Source: Macrostomum lignano
Taxonomy: Eukaryota
Length of the DNA stretch: 64,000 nucleotides
Assembly (NCBI GenBank): GCA_002269645.1
Contig: NIVC01000019.1
Span: 1,116,001-1,180,000 of the forward strand
Reading direction: 5' to 3'
Both the position numbers and the translations under genes were made by a program. Below the pieces are notes generated by a model, which was given only the letters and a program-made list of their open reading frames with translations, was not told the DNA's origin and searched no databases. Shown one piece after another: positions 50,455-62,378 of the stretch. The stretch's first letter is position 1, and every line of letters starts with the position of its first letter.

Positions 50455-51052
50455 GTGGACTGACGGGTTGCGGTCATGATGTGACTGTGGACTGACGGGT
50501 TGCGGTCAAGGTGTGACCGTGGAATGACGGGTTGCGGTCATGATGTGACCGTGGACTGACGGGTTGCGGTCAAGGTGTGACCGTGGAATGACGGGTTGCG
50601 GTCATGATGTGACCGTGGACTGACGGGTTGCGGTCAAGGTGTGACCGTGGAATGACGGGTTGCGGTCAAGGTGTGACCGTGGAATGACGGGTTACGGTCA
50701 AGGTGTGACCGTGGACTGACGGGTTGCGGTCAAGGTGTGACCGTGGAATGACGGGTTGCGGTCATGATGTGACCGTGGACTGACGGGTTGCGGTCAAGGT
50801 GTGACCGTGGAATGACGAGTTGCGGTCAAGGTGTGACCGTGGAATGACGGGTTGCGGTCAAGGTGTGACCGTGGACTGACGGGTTGCGGTCAAGGTGTGA
50901 CCGTGGAATGACGGGTTGCGGTCAAGGTGTGACCGTGGAATGACGGGTTGCGGTCAAGGTGTGACCGTGGACTGACGGGTTGCGGTCAAGGTGTGGATGT
51001 GGACTGACGGGTTGCGGTCATCATGTGACCGTGGACTGATGGGTTGCGGTCA
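50455..51052. repeat. 32-bp minisatellite with internal inverted repeat
   Basis: Unit GACTGACGGGTTGCGGTCAAGGTGTGACCGTG; CGGTCA..TGACCG stem. Confidence 0.94.
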
Positions 51053-51734
51053 TCATAGACGTTACTGCGTCTGGGCTTAGTAAGGACATAGACTACATGG
51101 GCTGGATGCAATATAACCATAGAATATTGTCCTAAGAAGATAGTATGACCATAGACTAATGTGTAAGGAGATAATAAGATCATAGACTAATGAACTCAGA
51201 AGATATTATGACTAATAGACTAATGACTATGACCATAGACTAATAATAACCTAAAGAGATAATATAATAATTATACTTGTTACCATATAAAAGAATAAAC
51301 AGCTTGCTAAAATGCTACTAATGGAGAAAGAAACCCTCAAGTATACACTTAAACAGAGGCATCAAAAAGAATAAGAAAAATTTCGTCATAAGTGTATATT
51401 TACACTGAAAAAGTAAATCAGTTAGCAGTTAGCACACATAAAATAATTATAGAATGATATTTCAGCATGCAGCAAGCGAGAACACAGCAAGTATACATAC
51501 AGCTATACAATAAATAAATTGCACAACATATTTCGCTAATATGAAGCAGGGTGGCATTTAGTTTCTGTCTTGTTAAGGCAGCGTGAAAAGTTGAAATGGT
51601 TGGGCCAGGCTTAATGACTTCAGTACCCCAGCTGATAACCCAAAGTTAAAGAGTTCACTATTAATTATGTGTAATGAAAATTTCGATACCCCGTTTTACT
51701 TGGATTGGTGCAACTGCGATTGTAGAGGGATAAG

Positions 51735-52335
51735 AGGGCGATTTTCAAGACTTGATAGAGGATTTTCAAGATTTGATGGGCGATTCTCAAGATTTGATGG
51801 GCGATTCTCAAGATTTGATGGGCGATTCTCAAGATTTGATAGGCGATTCTCAAGATTTGATAGAGGATTCTCAAGATTTGATGGGCGATTCTCAAGATTT
51901 GATGGGCGATTCTCAAGATTTGATAGAGGATTCTCAAGATTTGATAGAGGATCCTCAAGATTTGATAGAGGATTCTCAAGATTTGATAGAGGATCCTCAA
52001 GATTTGATAGAGGATTATCAAGATTTGATAGAGGATTCTCAAGATTTGATGGGCGATTCTCAATATTTGATGGGAGATTCTCAAGATTTGATAGAGGATT
52101 CTCAAGATTTGATGGGCGATTCTCAATATTTGATGGGAGATTCTCAAGATTTGATAGAGGATTCTCATGATTTAATAGAGGATTCTCAAGATTTGATAGA
52201 GGATTCTCAAAATTTGATGGGCGATTATCAAGACTTGATAGAGGATTATCAAGATTTGATGGACGATTCTCAAATTTTGATGGACGATGTTTTAGATGGA
52301 TGATTCTTAGAATTAAAAAGCGATTTTCAAGATTT
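51735..52335. repeat. 21-bp minisatellite
   Basis: Unit GATTCTCAAGATTTGATAGAG / ..TGGGC. Confidence 0.93.
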
Positions 52336-52539
52336 GATAGGCTATTCTCACTTCGGCAAAGCAAGTAAGCGATTATTTGAAGCCGATTGAAATGACTATA
52401 AGAAAATCTAGAACCAAGCTAAATATAGAAAGACAAAAAACATTTAACAGTAAAAGACAATCTTCTCAACCTGTTTACTAACATATGATGAGTAAAATAA
52501 CGGAAACACCTTAATGGGCCAGCCCCAGATGATCAGAGT

Positions 52540-55500
52540 TTAAACCCCGCCGCAGTCCAGTCGCTTGCCAACGGCGCGCACCCGGAAGCCGATCCGCAGC
52601 AGGGCCTCGTGGTCCAGCACGTTGCGCCCGTCAAACACGAATGCCGGCTTCGCCATGCTGGCAAAGATGCGGCCAAAGTCCAGCTGGGAGAATTCCGACC
52701 ATTCGGTGCAGATGACAACAGCGTGAGCGCCCTCGGCAGCTGAGTAGGCGTCTGAGCACACTGTTAGCACAGCTGCATCGGATGCCTCATCCGGCTCGGG
52801 CTGGTTCAGGTCTAATCGAATCTGGGAGCTCGCCACCTTTGAATAGATTACGGGGGGGCTCATGGAGGAGAGCAGATTGTGGGGGGTCATGGAAGAGAGA
52901 TTTTTTGGGGGTGGGTCATGGAGGGGGGAGATTGTGGGGGGCGGGTCATGGAGGGGAGCAGATTGTGGGGGGGGGTCATGGAGGGTAGCAAATTGTGGGG
53001 GCGGATCATGGAGAGGAGCAGGAGCAGATTGTGGGGGGGGGGCGGGTCATGGATGGGAGCAGATTGTTGAGGGGTCATGGATGGGAGCAGATTGTTGAGG
53101 GGTCATGGATGGGAGCAGATTGTTGAGCGGTCATGGATGGGAGCAGATTGTTGAGGGGTCATGGATGGGAACAGATTGTTGAGCGGTCATGGATGGGAGC
53201 AGATTGTTGAGGGGTCATGGAGGGGAGCAGATTGTGGGGAGGGGGTGGGTCACAGATGGGAGCAGATTGTGGGGGGGCGGGTCATGGATGGGAGCAGATT
53301 GTTGAGGGGTCATGGATGGGAGCAGATTGTTGAGGGGTCATGGATTGGAGCAGATTGTTGAGGGGTCATGGATTGGAGCAGATTGTTGAGGGGTCATGGA
53401 TGGGAGCAGATTGTTGAGCGGTCATGGATGGGAGCAGATTGTTGAGGGGTCATGGATGGGAACAGATTGTTGAGCGGTCATGGATGGGAGCAGATTGTTG
53501 AGGGGTCATGGAGGGGAGCAGATTGTGGGGAGGGGGTGGGTCACAGATGGGAGCAGATTGTGGGGAGGGGGTGGGTCACAGATGGGAGCAGATTGTGGGG
53601 AGGGGGTGGGTCACAGATGGGAGCAGATTGTGGGGAGGGGGTGGGTCACAGATGGGAGCAGATTGTGGGGAGGGGGTGGGTCACAGATGGGAGCAGATTG
53701 TGGGGAGGGGGTGGGTCACAGATGGGAGCAGATTGTGGGGAGGGGGTGGGTCACAGATGGGAGCAGATTGTGGGGAGGGGGTGGGTCACAGATGGGAGCA
53801 GATTGTGGGGAGGGGGTGGGTCACAGATGCGAGCAGATTGTGGGGAGGGGGTGGGTCACAGATGGGAGCAGATTGTGGGGAGGGGGTGGGTCACAGATGG
53901 GAGCAGATTGTGGGGAGGGGGTGGGTCACAGATGGGAGCAGATTGTGGGGAGGGGGTGGGTCACAGATGCGAGCAGATTGTGGGGAGAGGGTGGGTTTCG
54001 GAGGGCAGCCGATTGTCGGTGGGATAGTAAAAGGAAGTGGATTGATGGGGGCGGATCCTCGGGATGGAAGGGGCCAAGAGGACAATAGAAAAGACAGCAC
54101 ATAGATCAACAGCGATCCACGCCAACAAACCTTGGGATCGTAGACCCTGAGCAGGGCGCCCTCATCAATCAGCCTCCTGCAGACGTCAATAGCAGGCGAT
54201 TCCCTGGTATCGCCGGTGTCCTTCTTGAATGCGAAGCCAAGCACGGCGATCCGCTTGCCTTTCACCGTGTTGAACAGGTCGACAATAATCTTGTCGGCGA
54301 ATCGGTACTTCTGGTACTGGTTGAGCGTCACCACGGATTCCCAGTACCTGGCCACCTCCGGCAGGTTGAGGCACTCGCACAGGTACACCAAGTTGAGCAC
54401 GTCTTTTTGAAAGCAGCTGCCGCCGAAGCCCAGACTGGCGCAGAGGAACCTCGGCCCGATCCGCGAGTCGGCGCCAACCGCTAGGGCCACCTCGGACACG
54501 TCGGCTCCCGTGGCCTCGCAGATTGCGGAGGCCGCATTGATGCTGCTGATGCGCTGGGCCAGCATGGCGTTGGCAACCAGCTTGGACAGCTCGGAGCTCC
54601 ACAGGTTCATTGTTACCAGGCGCTCTTTGGGTACCCAGCGAGCGTACACCTGGGTGGACAGTAGCACATGAAACCACAGCATACAGCGTCCCTCAATGGT
54701 GGACAGTAGCACATGAAACTGCATAGTGTCCCTCAATGGTGGACAGTAGCACATGAAACCACAGCATACAGCGTCCCTCAATGGTGGATGACAGTAGCAC
54801 ACGAAACCACAGCATACAATGTCCCTCAATGGTGGATGACAGTAGCACACGAAACCACAGCATACAGTGTCCCTCAATGGTGAACAGTAGCACATGAAAC
54901 CGCATACAATGCCTCAATAGTGGACAGTAGCACATGAAACCGCATACAATGCCTCAATAGTGGACAGTTAGCACATGAAACTGTGAAAAGAACTTTATAG
55001 ACGACTCCATTCTTATTATAAAGACTATTTCTTACCGAGACAAGCCTCTGCACCGCTTCTTGACCTTCATCTGTCCTCTCGCCGCCAATCAGAACCCGAT
55101 CAGGCCTGAGCAGATCCTGCACAGCGGAGCCCTCGGCCAGGAACTCAGGATTGGACAGCACAGTGTGGCGAACGCCTGGCCGTTCGTTGGCTCGCAGGAT
55201 TGTGCAGATGCTCTCGGCAGCTCGAACTGGCACGGTGCTTTTCTCAACTACAATCTTAGGCTGGCTGGCAGTGCGAACAATGTGCCTGCGGACCAGGGAG
55301 GCGAGGGGGTGGATGAGAAACCTGCTGATTATTAGTAGCTGTGCTTTGAGTAACTAACACAATCACAGGAAATAGATTAGGGCAAAGCACAGTTCTAAGA
55401 AATATATTAGGGTGAGAGCAGGATTCCAGGAAATAGATTAGGGTGAGAGCAGGATTCCAGGAAATAGATTAGGGTGAGAGCAGGATTCCAGGAAATAGAT

Positions 55501-56300
55501 TAGGGTGAGAGCAGGATTCCAGGAAATAGATTAGGGTGAGAGCAGGATTCCAGGAAATAGATTAGGGTGAGAGCAGGATTCCAGGAAATAGATTAGGGTG
55601 AGAGCAGGATTCCAGGAAATAGATTAGGGTGAGAGCAGGATTCCAGGAAATAAATTAGGGTGAGAGCAGGATTCCAGGAAATAGATTAGGGTGAGAGCAG
55701 GATTCCAGGAAATAGATTAGGGTGAAAGCAGGATTCCAGGAAATAGATTAGGGTGAGAGCAGGATTCCAGGAAATAGATTAGGGTGAGAGCAGGATTCTA
55801 GAAAATAGATAAGGGTGAAACGGGATTCTGGAACTTTTAGAAAGTCTTGAGTTAATCAGAACAACGAAAGATAATTTCGTGAAAGCCAATTAATCAAAGG
55901 CACACCTGGCCGCAGCCTCAAGCGTGGTCAAGTCGGCCGCCTTGCCCTGGCCCAGCCCATAGGCTTTGGTGGGGGTGTTGACGCAGATGAACACGAGATC
56001 GGCGCCCTCCAGCGGGCCGATCATGTCGCAGCTGAAGTGCAAATTGACGCCCCTAGTCTGGCTAATCAGTTCGGACAAGCCTGGCTCGTACAGCGGGTGC
56101 CTGTCCGAGTTCCAGGCGGCCACTTTAGCGGCCGAGATGTCCACCACGGTGACGTCAATGTCCGGGCACTTGCTAGCGATCACTGCGCTGGACGGCACGC
56201 CGACATAGCCAGCGCCAATGCAGCAGATGCGCCGGATCGGCTGATGCGGGGGCCGCGTGGCCTGCGCGTCACCTGACGTTGACATGCCGGCCGCCCGCAT
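52540..56300 (-). CDS. UGDH: UDP-glucose 6-dehydrogenase; exons 56300..55906, 55285..55036, 54649..54131, 52836..52540
   Basis: GAGYVG Rossmann motif, [62 protein letters not shown] (catalytic Cys), [22 protein letters not shown]; junction phases 2, 0, 0. Confidence 0.96.
52845..53990. repeat. G-rich 28-bp and 35-bp intronic minisatellites
   Basis: Units GGTCATGGATGGGAGCAGATTGTTGAGG and GATTGTGGGGAGGGGGTGGGTCACAGATGGGAGCA. Confidence 0.94.
54652..54980. repeat. 35-47-bp intronic minisatellite abutting a splice acceptor
   Basis: Repeated ACAGTAGCACATGAAACC..CCCTCAATGGTGG. Confidence 0.9.
55395..55820. repeat. 31-bp intronic minisatellite
   Basis: Unit GGATTCCAGGAAATAGATTAGGGTGAGAGCA; period 55441 to 55472. 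Confidence 0.94.
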
Positions 56301-56321
56301 CGGATTAACGCGCTGGCTGGG

Positions 56322-57865
56322 TTAGCAATCCATTCTATTCATTATGTTCGCTATACTAGCAATCCATTCTAATCCTTATGCTCGCTATACTAGCAATCCA
56401 TTCTAATCATTATGTTCGCTATACTAGCAATCCATTCTAATCCTTATGCTCGCTATACTAGCAATCCATTCTATTCATTATGTTCGCTATACTAGCAATC
56501 CATTCTATTCATTATGCTCGCTATACTAGCAATCCATTCTAATCCTTATGCTGGCTATACTAGCAATCCATTCTATTCCTTATACTGGCTATACTAGCAA
56601 TCCATTCTATTCCTTATACTGGCTATACTAGCAATCCATTCTAATCCTTATGCTCGCTATACTAGCAATCCATTCTAATCCTTATGCTGACTATACTAGC
56701 AATCCATTCTATTCCTTATACTGGCTGTGCTAGCAATCCATTCTATTCCTTATACTGGCTATACTAGCAATCCATTCTATTCCTTATACTGGCTGTGCTA
56801 GCAATCCATTCTATTCCTTATACTGGCTATGCTAGCAATCCATTCTATTCCTTATACTGGCTATGCTAGCAATCCATTCTATTCCTTATACTGGCTGTAC
56901 TAGCAATCCATTCTATTCCTTATACTGGCTATGCTAGCAATCCATTCTATTCCTTATACTGGCTATGCTAGCAATCCATTCTATTCCTTATACTGGCTAT
57001 GCTAGCAATCCATTCTATTCCTTATACTGGCTATACTGGCAATCCATTCTATTCCTTATACTGGCTATGCTAGCAATCCATTCTATTCCTTATACTGGCT
57101 ATACTGGCAATCCATTCTATTCCTTATACTGGCTATGCTAGCAATCCATTCTATTCCTTATACTGGCTATACTGGCAATCCATTCTATTCCTTATACTGG
57201 CTATGCTAGCAATCCATTCTATTCCTTATACTGGCTATACTGGCAATCCATTCTATTCCTTATACTGGCTATGCTAGCAATCCATTCTATTCCTTATACT
57301 GGCTATACTGGCAATCCATTCTATTCCTTATACTGGCTATACTGGCAATCCATTCTATTCCTTATACTGGCTATACTGGCAATCCATTCTATTCCTTATA
57401 CTGGCTATGCTAGCAATCCATTCTATTCCTTATACTGGCTATACTGGCAATCCATTCTATTCCTTATACTGGCTATGCTAGCAATCCATTCTATTCCTTA
57501 TACTGGCTATACTGGCAATCCATTCTATTCCTTATACTGGCTATACTGGCAATCCATTCTATTCCTTATACTGGCTATACTGGCAATCCATTCTATTCCT
57601 TATACTGGCTATACTGGCAATCCATTCTATTCCTTATACTGGCTATGCTAGCAATCCACTCTATTCCTTATACTGGCTATACTGGCAATCCATTCTATTC
57701 CTTATACTGGCTATGCTAGCAATCCACTCTATTCCTTATACTGGCTATACTGGCAATCCATTCTATTCCTTATACTGGCTATACTAGCAATCCATTCTAT
57801 TCCTTATACTGGCTATACTAGCAATCCATTCTATTCCTTATACTGGCTATGCTAGCAATCCACTT
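56322..57865. repeat. 34-bp minisatellite immediately upstream of UGDH
   Basis: Unit AGCAATCCATTCTATTCCTTATACTGGCTATACT with a gradient of variants along the array. Confidence 0.96.
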
Positions 57866-58521
57866 TAGCAGCTACACCATTTACCATTACCATTTAATTC
57901 TGTATTTCACAGAGCCACTAGCATTAGAATTTAGAATTTTAAATACGAATAACAATTATTAAATAAAACAAAAAACTACATAAGTCTATAGAAAATACAA
58001 GTTGAAAATCCATTACAAAATTTATTACTAAAGGAAAAATGTTGAGCAAATTGGGTTTCAAAAAAGGAAAAGCAGACCCGTTTACTTTATTATTTGGCGC
58101 AAAAGTATGCAAAAACATGGTTGCTATATATACTACTGACAGCTTTGAAATAGTAGTAAAAAAGGACAACAGCTCTGACTGTGCATGAATTCTACGAGTT
58201 AATAGTAAGCATCAGGAAAAAATCAGAACTTACACAGTGAAAAAAACAGTAGACTAATGGTAAAACTACTATCTACTATAAGTAGTGAGCTGGTCGCGAT
58301 GAGCATACAACTCGCAGATGCAGTAAAACCAATTTGTTAAAAATATATAACTGATCGTCGATCTTGTGTTCGCATGAATTACACTAAAGACGACCCAATT
58401 AAATGTAAAAAATGGAAAATTACAAACTACATTTGATTGATTCACAAAATATTTACAAAATACTCTCGAATGAAACTCAAAACTCAAAGGGAGAGACTCA
58501 AAAAAAGACTTTTGGTTTGGC

Positions 58522-58524
58522 AAC

Positions 58525-58559
<35 letters not shown>

Positions 58560-58560
58560 G

Positions 58561-58591
<31 letters not shown>

Positions 58592-58656
58592 GTGTCTGTC
58601 TGTCTGTCTATCTGTCTGTCTGTCTATCTGTCTGTCTGTCTGTCTGTCTGTCTGTG

Positions 58657-58691
<35 letters not shown>

Positions 58692-58696
58692 GTGTG

Positions 58697-58735
<39 letters not shown>

Positions 58736-58736
58736 A

Positions 58737-58791
<55 letters not shown>

Positions 58792-58812
58792 GTGTCTGTC
58801 TGTCTGTCTGTG

Positions 58813-58871
<59 letters not shown>

Positions 58872-58888
58872 GTGTCTGTCTGTCTGTG

Positions 58889-58931
<43 letters not shown>

Positions 58932-58952
58932 GTGTCTGTCTGTCTGTCTGTG

Positions 58953-58995
<43 letters not shown>

Positions 58996-59012
58996 GTGTC
59001 TGTGTGTCTGTG

Positions 59013-59059
<47 letters not shown>

Positions 59060-59142
59060 GTGTCTGTCTGTCTGTCTGTGTGTCTGTATTAATGTCTGTC
59101 TGTCTGTATTGTCTGTATTAATGTCTGTCTGTCTGTCCGTCT
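58522..59142. repeat. (TCTG)n microsatellite
   Basis: About 620 bp of TCTG with TGTG interruptions. Confidence 0.97.
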
Positions 59143-59704
59143 GTCAAAAGTCAGTCAGCTGAGAGAGTGGACAGAGACAGCACGGGCCTGGAATTGGAGG
59201 GGTGCATTCCGACTCACTGAATCTCGAGTCAGCAAATCGGGATTCAGCTGTAACCACAGATTCTAAAATAACTAGATGGGCCACTCAGGCATATACTTAG
59301 TAAATCAGCTTTCTACTTTCAGTTCAGTAGCAAAGAAGAATACATAAAAACGCGGCTAAATTGACTTTGATAAGTTTAGAAGCCCAAGCTTGCAGACGTA
59401 AACAGCTTGCTAATTGGTTCAGCAGTAATGTACATTAGCCAGTCCACTGAAATGTACATGGCAGCTGTAGGCTGGAATTCCCAGAAGGCAATAAAAATTG
59501 GGGCGGGGGTAGTGGAGTAAAACGCGGTTGGAGGGTTTAAGCTGGGGGGGGAGTAAGAGCCAATAAAATGAGCCTCGGCTTTAAAAATACATTAAAATGT
59601 TTCAGTTTAACTTACTACTAAACTGACAGTAGCTTACACGCAAATGTGTTGAGTGGCCCATCTTAGTTATTCTGGGATCTGTGGCTGTAACAGACAGAAT
59701 TGGT

Positions 59705-62378
59705 TCAAGAGGAAGAGCAGCAGTTGGATAGCGCCCACCGGTTGCCACCCAGTGACAACCTGTGACCAGTCAGGCGGTCATTGTCAGCTGCAAGTGCCGG
59801 TGGTGACAAACGAACCCTGTTAAGCAACTCCTCGGCCACAGTGTGAAACAGGCGGTCAACATTGCAGTTGTCTTTAGCGGAGGTCTCCAGGTGGGCCAGC
59901 ATTGCTAGTCTGTTGGCAAATTCGCGGCCTTCAATAGCTGACACCTGGCGCTGAGACTCCAGATCGCATTTGCAGCCAATGAGCAGGTGAATGGCTTGAG
60001 AACCAGCGTACCGGTTTAGGTCCTCCACCCAGCGGTGCAGAGAGTCGAATGTCTCCTGTGATTTGGATATTGTTTCCTTTATTATAGTCTTATCAACCCT
60101 AACCCTTAAGATTCTGAATGACTCAAATCCTTGGAAGATGATTCTGAATGACTCGAATCCTTAAAAGATGATTCTGAATGACTCGAATCCTTAAAAGATG
60201 ATTCTGAAGGACTCAAATCCTTTGAAGATGATTCTGAAGGACTCAAATCCTTTGAAGATGATTCTGAATGACTCAAATCATTGGAAGATTATTCTGAATG
60301 ACTCAAATCCTTGGAAGATTATTCTGAATGACTCAAATCCTTGAAAGATGATTCCGAATGACTCAAATCTTTAGAAGCTGATTCTGAATGACTCAAATCC
60401 TTTGAAGATGATTCTGAATGACTCAAATCCTTTGAAGATGATTCTGAATGACTCAAATCCTTGAAAGATGATTTTGAAGGACTCAAATCCTTGAAAGATG
60501 ATTCTGAATGACTCAAATCCTGGAAAGATGATTCTGAATGACTCAAATCCTTGGAAGATTATTCTGAATGACTCAAATCCTTTGAAGATGATTCAGAATG
60601 ACTCAAATCCTTGGAAGCTGATTTTGAATGACTCAAATCCTTGAAAGATGATTCTGAATGACTCAAATCCTTGAAAGATGATTCTGAATGACTCGAATCC
60701 TTAAAAGATGATTCTGAATGACTCGAATCCTTAAAAGATGATTCTGAAGGACTCAAATCCTTTGAAGATGATTCTGAAGGACTCAAATCCTTTGAAGATG
60801 ATTCTGAATGACTCAAATCATTGGAAGATTATTCTGAATGACTCAAATCCTTGGAAGATTATTCTGAATGACTCAAATCCTTGAAAGATGATTCCGAATG
60901 ACTCAAATCTTTAGAAGCTGATTCTGAATGACTCAAATCCTTTGAAGATGATTCTGAATGACTCAAATCCTTTGAAGATGATTCTGAATGACTCAAATCC
61001 TTGAAAGATGATTTTGAAGGACTCAAATCCTTGAAAGATGATTCTGAATGACTCAAATCCTGGAAAGATGATTCTGAATGACTCAAATCCTTGGAAGATT
61101 ATTCTGAATGACTCAAATCCTTTGAAGATGATTCAGAATGACTCAAATCCTTGGAAGCTGATTTTGAATGACTCAAATCCTTGAAAGATGATTCTGAATG
61201 ACTCAAATCCTTGAAAGATGATTCTGAAGGACTCAAATCATTGGAAGATTATTCTGAATGACTCAAATCCTTGGAAGATTATTCTGAATGACTCAAATCC
61301 TTGAAAGATGATTCCGAATGACTCAAATCCTTGAAAGATGATTCTGAAGGACTCAAATCCTTTGAAGATGATTCTGAAGGACTCAAATCCTTTGAAGATG
61401 ATTCTGAATGACTCAAATCATTGGAAGATTATTCTGAATGACTCAAATCCTTGGAAGATTATTCTGAATGACTCAAATCCTTGAAAGATGATTCCGAATG
61501 ACTCAAAACTTTAGAAGCTGATTCTGAATGACTCAAATCCTTTGAAGATGATTCTGAATGACTCAAATCCTTGGAAGCTGATTTTGAATGACTCAAATCC
61601 TTGGAAGATTATTCTGAATGACTCAAATCCTTGAAAGATGATTCCGAATGACTCAAATCCTTGAAAGATGATTCTGAAGGACTCAAATCCTTTGAAGATG
61701 ATTCTGAAGGACTCAAATCCTTTGAAGATGATTCTGAATGACTCAAATCATTGGAAGATTATTCTGAATGACTCAAATCCTTAGAAGATTATTCTGAATG
61801 ACTCAAATCCTTGAAAGATGATTCCGAATGACTCAAATCTTTAGAAGCTGATTCTGAATGACTCAAATCCTTTGAAGATGATTCTGAATGACTCAAATCC
61901 TGGAAAGATTATTCGAATGACTCAAATCATTGGAAGATTATTCTGAATGACTCAAATCCTTTGAAGATGATTCAGAATGACTCAAATCCTTGGAAGCTGA
62001 TTCTGAATGACTCAAATCCTTGAAAGATGATTCTGAATGACTCAAATCCCTGAAAGCTGATTCTGAATGCCTCAATTATAAGTAATCACTGACCCGCCTA
62101 GTAATATCGTAGGCTATGATGGCGGCGCTGGCCGATCGATAATAGGACTGAGTGATCGTTCGAAACCTTTCGTGACCGGCCGTGTCCCAGATCTGCAGCT
62201 TGACGCGAACTCCATCAATCAGCAGCGTCTTCATAGCGAAGTCCACCCCAATTGTGCTGGCTTGGGTCTCGCAATAGTTGCCAGTTTTGAAGCACTGGAC
62301 AATGCAGGATTTGCCAACGCTGGCGTCGCCAACAATTACCAGCTTGAACTGATAGTCGAACTGATCATCTGGCTGCAT
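59705..62378 (-). CDS. RAB43: Rab19/Rab43-like GTPase; exons 62378..62094 and 60055..59705
   Basis: [49 protein letters not shown]|ETFDSL..W, GCKCD, ETSAK, C-terminal CCSSS; phase-0 intron; Rab19 versus Rab43 not resolvable by eye. Confidence 0.88.
60110..62070. repeat. 30-bp intronic minisatellite (about 65 units) with 540-bp higher-order duplication
   Basis: Unit GATTCTGAATGACTCAAATCCTTTGAAGAT; identical pseudo-ORFs at 60319 and 60859. Confidence 0.96.

Noticed and set aside
55395-55820. Telomeric sequence in the 31-bp array
   Set aside because: Only one TTAGGG per unit, never tandem; expected by chance.
51665-59162. Long low-complexity ORFs over the 21-bp, G-rich, 34-bp and TCTG arrays
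   Set aside because: Each is a periodic translation of a tandem repeat, often in several frames at once.
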